Shown: positions 1-13,607 of the stretch, one piece after another
How the letters are laid out: every line of letters begins with the position of its first letter
How positions within the stretch are numbered: position 1 is the stretch's first letter
Assembly (NCBI RefSeq): GCF_963853765.1
Contig: NC_088854.1
Coordinates: 50,778,001-50,842,000 of the forward strand
Length of the DNA stretch: 64,000 nucleotides
Source of the DNA: Magallana gigas
Taxonomy: Eukaryota
Reading direction: 5' to 3'
Made by a program: the position numbers and the translations under genes
Notes under the pieces: generated by a model
The model's input: only the letters and a program-made list of their open reading frames with translations
Databases searched by the model: none
Told to the model about the DNA's origin: nothing

Positions 1-151
1 GCATTTTTTTTCGAGTCAATACTATTTTTTTAAAAAAATGCCAAGCAACGACGAGGAGCAAAGAAATACATGTAAGAATACTTTATAGTCATACAATATT
101 ACTCGCTGATGTTGTTGATTTGTACTACAGTTAAATGATAAAAGATCTAAC

Positions 152-927
152 CGAATTTGGTAGACTTTGTAGGGGCTCCAGCTGACAATGAGCGCCAGGG
201 TCACATATCCCATCACTTTGGCAGACCGGATGTTTTTGATGACCTTCCGGTTTCGCTCGGTGTCTGGTCCTTCCGTCGCTTTTTTCAAAGATCTGGCATA
301 AATTGTTCTAGCTTTTCTGAGAATAAGTCCATAGAGGAACAGAGAGAAAGCCATGCAAGCGTATTCCAAAACCCCAGAGACCAGGTACAGCCAGGTGTTC
401 AATAGGTAGCCGAAGCTGCACCGGACCCCCGCCTCCCAGTTGTTGAAGTATACGAAGGGTAGACCGGCAAAAATGAAGGAATAAATCCACAAAAAGGCGA
501 TCAAAATGTTAACTACTGTGGTTGTCATCAGACGACTATGGTAGGCACTGTGACAAATGGCTAGGTAACGATCAAATGTCGTGAAGCCCGCTGCTAGCTG
601 GGATGCTAGTGTCATCATTGAGACAACTTGGTAACGCAGTAAACAACTGTAAATATTTTTGGACAAATCAGGGAAAAACAAGTAGAAAATCTGAGATCCG
701 GACGAAATTCCGACGCAGAAGTCTGCCACGGCGAGACAGAGGATGAACTTGGTTGTTGCAGTCATGGGTTTGATGTAGCGAACGAAAACAACCGCAACGA
801 TACCATTACCAACGCAAGCCATCACAAAAACCAACATCTGCAGGGAAGTGAAGACTATAAGGATGGAAGGAATCGGTCTTGATGATGTTGATAAATTTAA
901 GGTAGAATTTCCTTCAGTGGTATTCAT
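152..927 (-). CDS. Class A (rhodopsin-like) GPCR, main coding exon TM1-TM6; 3' part probably outside the window
   Basis: ORF 22-933 shows the TM1 GN motif (VGNGIV), TM2 LAVADF, TM3 FDRY, a TM4 Trp and TM6 SWSP, with N-terminal NTT/NST sequons. The ATG at 927 follows an acceptor (ttttccag) near 950. There is no NPxxY TM7; a possible donor CG|GTTAGA lies at 152/151. Confidence 0.85.
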
Positions 928-1872
928 CTTCACCAGGTGTTATTAGTACTGGAAAATCAATCAAAGATTAGCTGCAGTAAAGGTTTTACACTTTTTGAAA
1001 GACAGAGAGTTGACAATTGTCAAAGGCAATCTGTGAACGTTAAGCCTTTCTTCCCAATATATAGTCTTTTCATTTATAGAAAGGCGTGGTGTGTGATGAT
1101 AAACATTGCCTAGTCTGATCATACAGACTTATCGTAGGAGTGGCAATTTGTTCACTAGGAATGGTTAAAATTCTTATCATAAGCAAGGACAGTGAAGTAG
1201 ATTTCTGCGGGGAGAGGGGACTGAAATCTATGAAAAATAATCAAATCATATATTTGCTGATATGAGGGGCTAATCGACGTAAATACAACATGTTTATGAA
1301 AAAAATAACTTGCCTGATAATGTTTTGTTGGATACATGTATCTACATGAGATAGTATGCTCTAACAATTTTGATCATCTTTGATGATAATTTTATCATCG
1401 TGATGATTTTAATTATCCATAGTTTTTAAAATTTTCTTTCACAAATTAAAAGAAGTCGGAAAACTTTTAAATTATCAGTCTCATGTAATGAATCTTCGAC
1501 CATGAATTTTATATAAACCATTCCTACACAACTATTTCGATTTCTGTGACTATATATCTTATTATGCAAAAAAATGGTCATGAGTTAAAAGTTTGAGTAG
1601 TTGGTGAAATAAATCAGCAATTTTTAGTTTAAATATGTTATTTGTAAAACGAAGCAGGTGCATCACGCCAATTTCTAATGTTTTGTGTGTGTTGTTTTCT
1701 TTTTTTCGCAAAACAGCATTTATTTATGACATTTGATTATTAAGCTTTCTGCACTATGCTTACATGTATAAGTTTCTTAAGACTGTCATATTTTGGAAAG
1801 AAAGAAGCTTAAAATGACTGATCCGATATATTTTGTCAAATAGAAGCTACAATGTATTTACTTCTTCGTTTT

Positions 1873-4318
1873 TATGGAAGGGAATTACCGCCTTAATTCT
1901 ATGTATCTTGCTTTTATTCTTATTATGCTTACTTCTTTATTCTTCATTACATTTACACTTGCATGTCACTTTATTGTTTTCATATTCATGCTTATCCAAT
2001 TTCACTTTGATTCTCTTTGATCTTTCATTGTTTGCTTAATTCTATGTTGCAACATTCTCTTCTTATTCGTGTAAATTCTTTCTTCTATCTCTGTTACAAA
2101 CGTGAATTCAAACACGCAAACCATAAAGCACTTTCAATAAAGACGAATACAAGTTGCATGAATTTAATGCTGCATTATGCCGCCAGGCGGCAGTGTGCGC
2201 GCTACAATCGCTGCTCCCCGAAAAAAACCCAACGAAGCTAGCTAAATGTGGGATGTTTCGCACCATGACATTTCGCTCCAATGTTTATATGTTCAGATCA
2301 AGAAATGGAGGGGAGGTTAATGTACTAACGAAGGGATAATTTATAATTTTGTTTGCCGGGGAGGGGGTGGGGGGGGGGGGGGGGGGGAGTAGGTCGAGTT
2401 CTATTTTCAGTAGGTTTACTATGTGAATTTAAAAAGTTTGAATTTTCAAGGGTGGTGGGGTGACTGGACCCTCCTCCTAAAATAAAATAAAATTCTAAGT
2501 CTGTGCATCAGTTATATTTATGAGACGATCTAATCTTACAGTATTCATAATTAGCACCCGTATCATAATTATCATCATCACAAGCTTGATATGGAAGTCG
2601 GTCAATTCAACTATTCATTTAATCAAGACGACATGTATGAGGTTCATGTCTCTAAGTTACATGTATCATAGCCTAAACACCTTCAAATCTAAACATGGAC
2701 ATTCAGTTACATGTACATGATTTATATTAAAATAAACAAACCTACAATAAGCATGGCTGTGAGTGATACATACACATTTTTATCACTTCAAAAATCTGTG
2801 TAAATAAGAAGCATACATTATTAATGTTCTGTATTTTGGAGAAAAAAAAATATTTTATTTAGAACTTTATATAAGAATTTTTATTAAGATTTGATTTAGA
2901 TTTAAAACCAAAACTCATAAGAAGTCATATCACATACCGTATTTTAATCTCTTTGCCTGGTTTGTTTTCGTTTACTCATTGTGTAATTAATTCACTGATA
3001 ATTTAGATTCGTTAATTTTACCGCGTTTATTTCTGCGACTCCACCATTCTGTGCCGAATCGCAAGAATATAAAATCGCGTGCACCAAACTTAGTTTTCAT
3101 ATCACAAGTTCAAAACTTTTAGAAAAATAAGTGAGATTTTAAAACCTGCAGTTTTAAGTTTTTTAACCCGGAATTTCACGCGGATATTAATTCATCGCAT
3201 TTTATCAGGGATACACAGTACTGTAGCCTAACAAGAGGTAAATAGTGATTCATGCAAGTGATAATTTTCACACGTACTGGAGTACAAGAAAAGCTACTTC
3301 TTAGTATTTAGTACCCCAGTCCTTTTATTGTTTTTCAAAAACATCTTTAAATTTGGTTTAAATTTACTTCAATTTCATCTACATGTTCCACGGGTACCTG
3401 TGGACAGAACCGTGCATCACCCCACCTTTTTTCACCTCAAATGAAAATAAAGTCCTGTCGACAAGTACTTATGACATGTTCCACTTATAAAAATTAAGAT
3501 TCCTGCAAATAATTTGCAAATAATTTGTTACTGCATATATATACGGTACAACATTGCATTGCGGATCTAGAATGAGATCAGATCGACCCCCAATGGAAAA
3601 TTTACACTTATTTAACAACCAATAAAAATGTTACATTAAAAGTTTAAAATTTATCAATTTAAACTTAACTGTTATATAAACTGTTATAGTTAAGTTTAAA
3701 CTGATAAATTTTAAACTTTTAATGTAACAAAAACATTAATACAAAATTATCTCTCAGACCCCCCTTCTGATTTTTTTAGAACCGCGCGGAGGCATTTTAC
3801 ATGTACACAAAAAAAACCTCCGTATCTTTTTAAGTCTGCGTATATCGTGGCTTGTTAAAAGTTAATTATATTAACATGTATTTCATATTCCTATACTAAG
3901 CCCTTAATTTGAGATGCTTTCACGAATTTATTAAATTTATGCCATTTGTTAGTTTCGTTTTAATAAATCTTCGGGAGCAGCAATTGTAGCGCACACACTG
4001 CCGCCTGGCGTCATAATGCAGCATTAAATTCATGCAACTTGTATTCGTCTTTATTGAAAGTGCTTTATGGTTTGCGTGTTTGAATTCACGTTTGTAACAG
4101 AGATAGAAGAAAGAATTTACAGGAATAAGAAGGGAATGTTGCAACATAGAATTAAGCAAACAATGAAGGATCAAAGAGAATCAAAGTGAAATTGGATAAG
4201 CGTGAATATAAAAACAATAAAGTGACATGCAAGTGTAAATGTAATGAAGAATAAAGAAGTAAGCATGATAAGAATAAAAGCAAGATACATAGAATTTTGA
4301 CGGTAATTCCCTTCCATA
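1873..4318. mobile_element. Non-autonomous TIR element with ~350-bp TIRs, IS3EU-like
   Basis: 1873-2220 and 3971-4318 are highly similar inverted copies starting TATGGAAGGGAATTACCG. CGTTTT is directly repeated on both outer flanks (6-bp TSD candidate). No transposase ORF lies inside. Confidence 0.65.
3630..3728. repeat. AT-rich hairpin with 41-bp arms
   Basis: gttacattaaaagtttaaaatttatcaatttaaacttaact and its reverse complement differ by one mismatch. A single diverged arm recurs near 25269-25308. Confidence 0.85.
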
Positions 4319-7014
4319 CGTTTTATTGTCGTGTTTTCCTATTCTATTAAGACACGTATATCTATTTAACATAATCACGCAAGTTTCAATTTTAAAAGAA
4401 TGCCCAGAAACCACATGTTTTTTTTTAAATTTAGAGAAATTACCCAAACTTCTGATAAAGAAAATAAAGAAAATTGAATAAATTTTGTTCCGCTACATTT
4501 TCGTAGAGAAATTTAAATTATAAAAACTTCGATCACTGAACGACATACAGTGTCAGATGAAGAACTCATATCCTGTGATCCCAAATTAACCTTCAAGTTT
4601 TCACAACCGTTTCCTTTTGTATTTCCTCTTTCAGCCGACAGATCTATCCAAAATATCGAAAATATTAATTAGCAGACTTTTGATATGAGGGGCTCAATAT
4701 TATATCCATATCATATCATATCTTTATCAAAATTCCCCTTCATCTTCCCTGGGTTTGACATTTTGATATGTCGTTGAGTTCTTGTGATCTTTGTTTATGA
4801 GTTTAATATGGAGTTCATTTAAAATACCTTCAAGTCTTCAAAAACCAGTTCAGGTCCTTACGAGTATCACTGGGTTTTCTACTTCCTGTGTATATGCGTG
4901 GTAGCATCCGGTCATCATTGGTATCTTTCATCACCATGTAAATTTTTCTTTCGGTATTAATAAAAGCTGCGGATCGTTGTCTCAATAGGAAACTTTGGGT
5001 AGACAGATGGGCCCGTCAACCAGAGTTTCCCTAAGACAAAGTTATAGATCGGCAGCAAAGAATATGACGACTTTATTGCTAACCATCCTTTGACTTTTTG
5101 GTGAGAAGAGGAAGACAAAACTTTGGGTCACCACAGACACAATGTTATGAGAATATCTTGACCTTCGGAAAGCGATACAAAACAAGCACAGCAAATCAAC
5201 GCAATTATGAAGAACGAGAGATTATATAATGTCATATGGTTATTATTGAAAAGAATGCATCTCCAGCGTGTGTTGGTTACTAGAGTTTACAGTAGGTGGT
5301 ATCGACTGACTCCTGCTATTAAACAATTGTTTGATAAATGTATCAATATGACTCAGACAATTGCGAAACACCAGTAAGGGTATTTATTGGTTTGTAACAT
5401 TAATAAAGCCTTCCTGGAACGTACAAAGTTATACCATTTGAATACACTATTTTATTAGTGGTTTGGGATAAGAGAAGTCTTCATTATAAAAACATGAGTT
5501 AAAGAATACATTTTTTAATACTAAAAAAAATAACAAAGAAAGAAATAGGCAGACATTAATCTACGATTTTTTTTGGTCAAATGTGTGTCTACTCTCTTTT
5601 AAGGTAGAATAAATTAGAAAAAATTGAATACAATATAGACTAATTACGTAATTTTTACTTCTTTTTTTTAAATCAAAGAATGTGTTGTAGTTCTTATACT
5701 ATTTTCACCATAAGGTGTTGCAGATAAAATGGAATAATCACAAAAGTCACAGAATTCGATGCATGTATAAATCTTTTTTTTGCATGCAACGTTGTACATA
5801 AAGCGTGTCTTGAAAGTTTGTTAATCTTCTATAAGACCATGAAATAAAATTGAAAATGGGTACACATACAAATATGACAGATTTCACGCTTTATAACAGT
5901 GGAATCATCAATGCTGTACAGTGTAAAAAAAAATTGACTCCTTGAAACAAAACGTTTAGAGTAAGACAATTTCTTGAAACCTCTCCGAGTTTTGTTCCAA
6001 AAAGACATATCTTTTTTGGAAATTTTTCTTGGAAAAAAATCAATAATACCTTTGAAATCTAAGAACTCTGACTTAAATTTTCCCATAATAAGTCTTGGTT
6101 ATATTAGAGGAGTGGTTACGAAGTCAGAATATATTTTTACAAAGTCTCGCTTTTTTGATTGGGTACGAATCCCTGAACAGCTAGAATTGTTTATGCTTAT
6201 TTCTTTTAATCCTATTAAAAGGTAATGTACATGCATATAGATAATTTAAGAAATTTCAGAATAAATTTATTTAAACGTTTGTCAATATGATATTTTGTAT
6301 GCGCGTTGGGTTTTTTTCAAGATTACTTACTGTGTAAGGTCCCCTTTATAAACATAAATTATAAACATTTTCCTCTAAACGAGGGGATTTCAAAACAATG
6401 TACGCATCAATGTAGAAAGTTGGATTTTCCCATCTTGTCGTTTTTAAACATACATTAATATGTATAGGTTGATAAAAGCAAAATATTCGTTAAAGACGGT
6501 ATGAATCGGCGAAGAAGCAATAGGTAGATGAAAATATATGTAAGGATAAATTTGTTCTATTTTGTCATCTAGACTAGGCGTTTATCAAGATACTATTGAA
6601 ACATGCGATGATTATGACTACAATTCTGACGGTTTCTAAGAGCCTGATTAGATTTATTAATGAAACTCCAATAAAACGCCGGACAGAAGAAATCAAAAGT
6701 GATACATGTATATGCAATTACATCAAAATACAGAATATATGGACATATACCTAACTCTATTTATGAAAACCAAATGGTGGTTGCCGTGTTCGATAGAAAA
6801 GCGCGTAAAATGTTAGTGTATTTTGCCTACTTACGGGATATTCCTGCTATATATTTACATTTTTCAGTGTCTTTGCCTGTGATAACACTACGTATCGATT
6901 TTGAACTATACAGTCCAGCAACTTCAAATGACATAATTGGGGCGCCAGCGGGGTTTGCTTATTTATATTCAAATATTTTACCGCAAAATGGCTGAAAATT
7001 ATATAAATATAAGT

Positions 7015-7166
7015 AATAAGGAATCTTTATTCTTTGAATATTATGAGGTGATAATTTGGGTCGGTACGTGATCAAATCTATCATAAAGCCATCCGGGCCT
7101 TATTGGATTTGATCACGCCCTGACTGAAATTATCACCTCATAATACTCAAAGAATAACCCCTTATT
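7015..7166. mobile_element. ~150-bp foldback (palindromic) element
   Basis: aataaggaat..ttctttgaatattatgaggtgataattt pairs with aaattatcacctcataatactcaaagaat..cttatt. Related partial copies lie near 42545-42640 and 58385-58460. Confidence 0.8.
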
Positions 7167-10100
7167 TCTGAAGTAAATACTAGCACAGTCGTCTACATAA
7201 TGTGTCTATATTTAGATGTGACACTTCAAGCGTTACGAGTATTTAAAGGTCCTTTCCACGTTAGGGATAATCCCGCTTTTCCGCAACACTCTCTTTGTCT
7301 GTAACTAGTGATGTCCGAGACTTTTGAATTTCTAAACAGTGAAAAAAAAAACCTAAAATCAAAACTTCAGCAAGAGAGTTTAATACCGAACTCATTAATC
7401 AAGAGATATATAGTTCTTCGATTCTTGATTTCAGCTCAACAGACGTCACAAGGGTATGATATAAAGAGAGGATTGAAAGTGCACTCTATAATAGAATTCA
7501 CACTACCCACGTAAAAGTGCCCGCTCTTTTGATAAATGCGTATAAAAAATAATTTCTTTTTACCGAATCACTTTATATGAATTCTCACTTCTCTAATCTG
7601 TGGTGTGAGAATGAAGAGTAAGGTTAGGTCGTGGCCGATAGAAACCCTAGAATGCTTCATATTTCTCATCAGATGGACAGTAAAATTGAACTCATTACCA
7701 TAGAGGTGCTCCTTGTTCTACTAAATATCCTTAAAGCAGGGTACGTTAAAGAACAGAGCTAGCTAGATGTAAAAAGAACTGAATGATAGGTTCAAGGGTG
7801 AAGGGTTCTGCTAAGTGATATGTGCAAAATTACAAAGACACCCGACACGTAAATGGTACAGTCAAAGGTATGACATGTAAATAAACGATTATATAAGTTA
7901 CATGTGTCAGAGAGGGGTAGCCTTATGATAGTGTAATGTGTCAATTAGGCATGAAGCAGCTTGGTTGAAGGGGGGTGGGGAGGCTTTGCTTTTCCTATCT
8001 ATGGCAATCGATATTTTTTTTCTAATTTATTTATAAGAATGTGTTCTTTTAAGCCAATTGTATCCCCATACCCACTAAAAAGTTATTTTGAAGATGTTTT
8101 CGGTAGGTTTAACCCAACCACCTCCCCTTTTTATTTAATAAATTATGTCTGAGCAGGGTAATCAAAGAGGAGGGACATTCAAGAAATAATATTTCTTATA
8201 TTGCAATATTTTCGCGAGACACGGGTTTTGTGTCCATTGTGGAAGTAGAATTGACACGTACAAAACCCGTGGCTTGCGACGATGATATTGCAGTTTTGTG
8301 TATTAACATTTATAAAACATTTTTAAATGAAAGTATTATACAGCAATCGGTTTTTGTCTTATAATAACTGTCAGTAACCCGAGTCGTTTCTTATCTGTTA
8401 AAATGTGCATTAACATTTATAAAACATTTCTAAAAAAAAAATACTGTATCTGATAAAATATAAGTAAAATTGCTTTATATTTTGCAATTTTTTCTTTTTG
8501 AAAGGTGCCAGAAACCTAAGCACTTTGTTTTATCATCTGCCTACGCGGAGATTTCAACTCTTCACCTTTGATCTGTAGTCTTTAGTCATATCTATTTCAC
8601 CATAGCTGGTTCCGCTTGACTATTATCCGTACAATATCTGGGATTTTCCGACCATTTTCCAGCCACTCATTCCAATTGTTCTCATCCAAAAGACGTTTCC
8701 CGTTATTCAATTGTTACATATAATGATATGAAACAATTTTACTATGATATCAAGACATTTTTCCAAGGATCATTGCATTTTATCAAAGCTGAATTATATA
8801 ATGGGGAAAAAATCCGGTGAAGATTAGTGTACATCTTTTACTTAGTAAATCGGAGATTCGAACCCATATTTTACAACCATGGAGTACCGCTGTACCACAG
8901 AATACTACTGAAACAAAAGTCACTGGTGACTTTTTTGTTCTATTTTAATACTATAACAGCACTAATTTTTTTTTTAATTTGTACAATTTTTTATCAAAAG
9001 AAAAAGGATACCAATGATTGTCTGTTAGTTTAACACAGGATCAATCAGAAAGTTAAACCGTATTTTATTAAGTGTAAAATGCAACCATTATGATTGCTGA
9101 GATGACTAAAATCATTCTACACCTGTATAGTGCTATATTATTTTAGCCAGAATGCTGCTAATTTTAGTTCATCTTTGAAGTCAGTATAGATATTGGACAT
9201 CAAGTATTAAAAATTCTTAACGGTTTATCACGACTTCAGATTTAAGTTTTAATCTTTTAATAAAACCAACCAATTCTTTTGGCGTATCGGAGAGCTAAAC
9301 TTCTAATGATAGTGAAGTGTTAACAAAAACCAGACTAATACACCTGTCAGTTTTTTCTCATCCCCTTCACGTGGTTAATAAGAATCCGAGAATGCTAAGT
9401 TATAATCATGAAGTGGGTGTAAAAATGCGTTTTTCATTTTATTGTTCAACTTATTTTAGGTACATTTAGAGGATTACAATGTGGAGATACATATTTTGTA
9501 TCTGAACGACAACAAATGGATATATCATATACCTAGTAGTGTATCAGCCCTGATACACGTGTTTTGGACTAGGTGAGACAGCAACCGGAAACTAGGGCTG
9601 TATCGCCCTCGGGGCTGATATTTCTCTGTCTCAGTCCGTCGTCAAGGGGGTGTATTGCCCTCAAATTTGAAATCGATAATTTCCATATATATCTGGTTTA
9701 AATTAAGACCAGTTTGTGAAATAACGATAGAATTACGAATATATGATACAAATTATCACCTTACACGTCGGAATATTTTTATTTATTACCGAAAATTGAA
9801 AAATAATAATTCAAAAATACATGTAGCGCCAAAGAGTGATGTGTATCTATAAGTAAGGGGAGGTAATCTACATAACGGTTGTGTATTTAAAACAACAGCA
9901 CGCTTTATTTAATACCAATCAACATTTAAATTATGGAGGATATAGAGAAGGATGGATCGAGACTTAATCTTAGAAAACCAGAGATTAGACTGTAAAAATT
10001 AAGGGGTTAAAGTAAAGGACGCGCTTATGAACGTTCACAAACAACTTTCTATAGTTGCTATAACAGTACTAGTATGGCACTATGGATTTTTATGAATGGA

Positions 10101-10430
10101 ATCTGACGGGAAACTTACGAAATCCCAGTGAAAGAATTTGACACATAACGAAGCTGCGTAGGAGGGAAGTTTTCTATCGCGATGATTTTGACTTCTAAAA
10201 GATAGTGCTTCATTCCATACGACAGACTCCCTTCTACTGTATTTCAAATGACGATGGTTTGTCAACAAAGTCCGACAACTCTTACAGTTTTAACACATAT
10301 AAAAAGAAATAAAAACGAACAAATTTTGTAAATCCGAAAAAAATCTATAGCTTCTCCATGATTTATATTCCTTATTTGGAATTTAAATTCGAATTAAAGT
10401 CTTTGATTTTAGATATATGATATAAACAAC

Positions 10431-10567
10431 ATCACACCGTTGTTTTGATTTCGTCCCTGGTATGAGCCCTCTGATGGTATCGGCCCGTGCCCTTCGGGCT
10501 TGGGCCGATACCAACCGCTCGGGCTGATACATTTGTACCAGGGCCGAGATCAAAACAACTGTGTGAT
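10431..10567. mobile_element. Foldback element with gcccttcgggc apex
   Basis: atcacaccgttgttttgat..ggtatcggccc pairs with gggccgatacc..atcaaaacaactgtgtgat. Confidence 0.8.
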
Positions 10568-10626
10568 ATTCTATATGTATCGTATAGCCCGATCATACTT
10601 TGTCTAGTACATTCAGACAATAAAAC

Positions 10627-10718
10627 CTTGTACATTGAGTGCACAGTACAGCCAACACTTGTACATTGAGTGCACAGTACAGCCAGCACTTGTACATTGA
10701 GTGCATAGTACAGTCAGC
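10627..10718 (+). repeat. 31-bp tandem repeat, 3 copies
   Basis: The unit cttgtacattgagtgcacagtacagccaaca starts at 10627, 10658 and 10689, with no spacers. Confidence 0.9.
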
Positions 10719-10886
10719 TAGTAAGTGAAACACGGACTGACCGTAGACTTCCGAGCAGACTGTAGTTATCATGGCAACCTTCGCAAATAATGTTTAAATC
10801 GATGATATTAATATTAACGTAATTTTACTCACATTTTTATGAATATTTGATGGAGTGAATCAAAGGTAGATGTTAATATAAACAAC

Positions 10887-11032
10887 AAAATGCTTTCTTT
10901 AGTGTTTCATTCGAGATATGAAGGTAGCTAGCACTGCAGAAAAGATAAATTAACCTGATTACGGGGGTCATAAATATTTTCTGCAATGCTAGCTACCCTC
11001 ATACTCGCATGAAGCACAAAAGAAAGCATTTT
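10887..11032. mobile_element. Foldback MITE-like element
   Basis: aaaatgctttcttt..ggtagctagcactgcagaaaa pairs with ttttctgcaatgctagctacc..aaagaaagcatttt. Confidence 0.75.
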
Positions 11033-11663
11033 ATTTTTTTAAGTGACCAATTCATTATCTATTCCTTACACAAAGGGGCTCTATGGTTGAACTGAGTAGT
11101 GGGTCTCTTTTTCACCCCTGCGAATGTTAAAAAAAATTATTGTCATTTAAATTTTAGACCACGTGGTTTTATTTTACCCTTTCAGTTTCGCAGTAAAAAT
11201 CGCGCCTCGCGTTTATAGTCTATTTCACAGAATCTATAGGTACTTGTAGTCAAATATAAAATCTAAAGGTTTATTGATCTTAAACTTTATCTTCATTTAT
11301 TGGTGGATAAAATGTGTTATAAAAATAAATGTGACAATACAAAAAATAGTTTTTGTCTGCTGTTGCAACAATTAACATGCTTTGTAGAGATCCCCCCTGA
11401 GGATAAATTTTCGATCCGCGCCTGACCTAGTAATAGCATCAATAGTGAAACAGATTATACTATTTTTTGCAGAATGTTCCTTGAAAATGGCTCAATTTAC
11501 TAAGTTTTTATGCAAAACAGACACTCATTATTTTTTTAAAAACATGGTATTGCTCACCACAAGCATCAAACATGGCTATGATTTTATTATGCAACCCAAT
11601 GTTTATATTTTCAACCCACTCTACACGTGCTTTAACACGAACGATAATTCTGTTCTGAATATT

Positions 11664-12030
11664 TAAGGAATGAATTTAAGTTCTACCTATGTTATACGAT
11701 ATAACATAACTTGGGGCAGTTTACGCTTTATAAACCGCGAAGCGGTTTATAAAAAAGCGTAAACTGTTCCAAGTTAGGTTATACTCGTATAACATAGGTA
11801 GAAATTAAATTCATTCCTTATAATTTTGTTTTCTACTATTTAAATTAGATAATAAGGCCCATTAATTAGTTAAAATATGTTAATTTGTACAAAATTTAAA
11901 CGTAACGTCAAGCGGATTAATACGTTTCGATCGCGCGTCTTATTATGACGTAGGCAAGTTATGTTATACGATATATATGAATTTGTTTAGCCAATCAAAT
12001 GAGGCCTTACAATCAGAATTAAATTATTAT
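11664..12030 (+). mobile_element. Element with a 157-bp terminal palindrome (GCGAAGC apex) plus a ~200-bp body
   Basis: 11664-11820 taaggaatgaattt..aaaccgcgaagcggttt..aaattcattcctta is palindromic. The body ends in a ccaatca..aattaaattat motif. Confidence 0.7.
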
Positions 12031-12840
12031 TGTTTAATATAAATAACCGCTAGATGGTGAACATACACCTGAAGAGATTTTCATGTTTTAACATAAATCA
12101 AATTAGGATTTGATATGAAAAACGACCAGTACTTGCGTATTTTGAGAATATTATCCGAACAATTATACTTCCGCTCGAAATTTCACAGGAACCGAACACA
12201 TCTCGGTGAAGTCTCGTGAACTTTCACTCGAGCCCCACTGGATTTATTACATACTTACATATAGCATCGATAAAGAAAATATTCCGAACACATTCGCAGG
12301 GGTGTTTTTATCAATACAGAACTACCCATCTTAAGTGACCAAGATACACGAGATACCGTATTCCTTGCACCAAGAAGCTCTATGGTAGAACTGAGACGTG
12401 GGTCTCTTTTTCATTACAGAACTACTTTTGCTTGTAATGACATGCACACACTGCAATATCACCGAATGAATGTGTATTAATGTATCTTTATCTCTAATAT
12501 ATATAAAGATTTTCATATGTTATTAAACAATTGCAAGATATGTATTTTACCTCAGTAAATAGTTTCTCTCACTTCGTATTTATCAATCGATTGGACTTAC
12601 AGCGATACTGTTCTATAATAAAAGCATAGTATCCAACCTTTCATACAGTTGATTTTGTTTTAAAAAAACCAACTGACGAAAATTCAGTACTACGGAACCT
12701 ATAAATAAGCTTCTTATTAAATATCATGCATTTAAAATGAATTTACATGTAACACGTATATTCATTTTTGATTTAAAGAAATAGAAGTCTTTTGATTTTT
12801 AAAATCTATTTTATAAAATGTATCACAGTCGATCAGATAT

Positions 12841-13001
12841 CAGTAACATTACATGCTGTAAAATAGTTACATTACATCCTGTAAAATAATAACATTACAT
12901 GCTGTAAAATTGTAATATTACATGCTGTAAAACAGTAACATTACATGCTGTAAAACAGTAACATTACATGTTGTAAAATAGTAATAGTACATGCTGTAAA
13001 A
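12841..13001 (+). repeat. 23-bp minisatellite, 7 copies
   Basis: Consensus cagtaacattacatgctgtaaaa, contiguous, with point variants. Confidence 0.9.
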
Positions 13002-13445
13002 CACCACATTCACAATCAAATAAATTAAAAAATTCAAACACATGTACAAACTATGAATTCAAGCTTAATTAATTACATATATCAGAGAAAACATACGTTT
13101 CCTCCGAATTTCGACATTTCTAGTCACAGAATTTTGCATATATCAGAAAGCGGTAAGGCATTATACATGTACCAATTTTGTAGAATTCTGATAACAATAA
13201 CAAGTACATGCATGTATAAATTAGTTAAATATCTTTGACTGAAACATTCACATATCACACTGTCCCGTCTACAAAATTAGGTTAATCAGCACCTTGATTA
13301 AACATTCTAATTCAATCCCATTAACGTAGAAAAGTGATACCGTATATATATAAATATACAAAATGGTGTCGATATTTTGTTTGGAGGGGAATGGTGAGGG
13401 TGGAGTGGGTGGGGGTGGGGATAGTATTCTTGGGGTAGATAAAGT

Positions 13446-13607
13446 TCACATGTACTCTAAATGGGATGTGTATGAGGCGAGACTTAAGCTTCCGACATTA
13501 TATAACCGGTCCTGTTTGGTATGGTTCATCATATTCGTCAGAGTTCCACCAGGCATGCGCAGATTCATGTAATCCCACAACACCTTGTAGCAAAATCTGT
13601 ACTGGTC
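13446..13607 (-). CDS. Terminal coding exon of the RPTP (DQYRFCYKVLWDYM...EYM*), absent from the ORF track on this strand
   Basis: Acceptor ttttcag|GAC CAG TAC AGA TTT TGC TAC completes the D2 Q-loop/helix in phase 0. TGA at 13446-13448. Confidence 0.88.
   Translation of the reverse strand, partial: DQYRFCYKVLWDYMNLRMPGGTLTNMMNHTKQDRLYNVGSLSLASYTSHLEYM

Noticed and set aside
4540-5460. GC-richer stretch with broken reading frames, possibly a decayed retroelement or pseudogene
   Set aside because: I could not recognise any RT, endonuclease or other motif in any frame. It needs a translated database search.
10627-13001. 31-bp and 23-bp repeat arrays as possible CRISPR arrays
   Set aside because: The units are contiguous with no unique spacers, no cas genes are present, and the context is eukaryotic. 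They are ordinary minisatellites.
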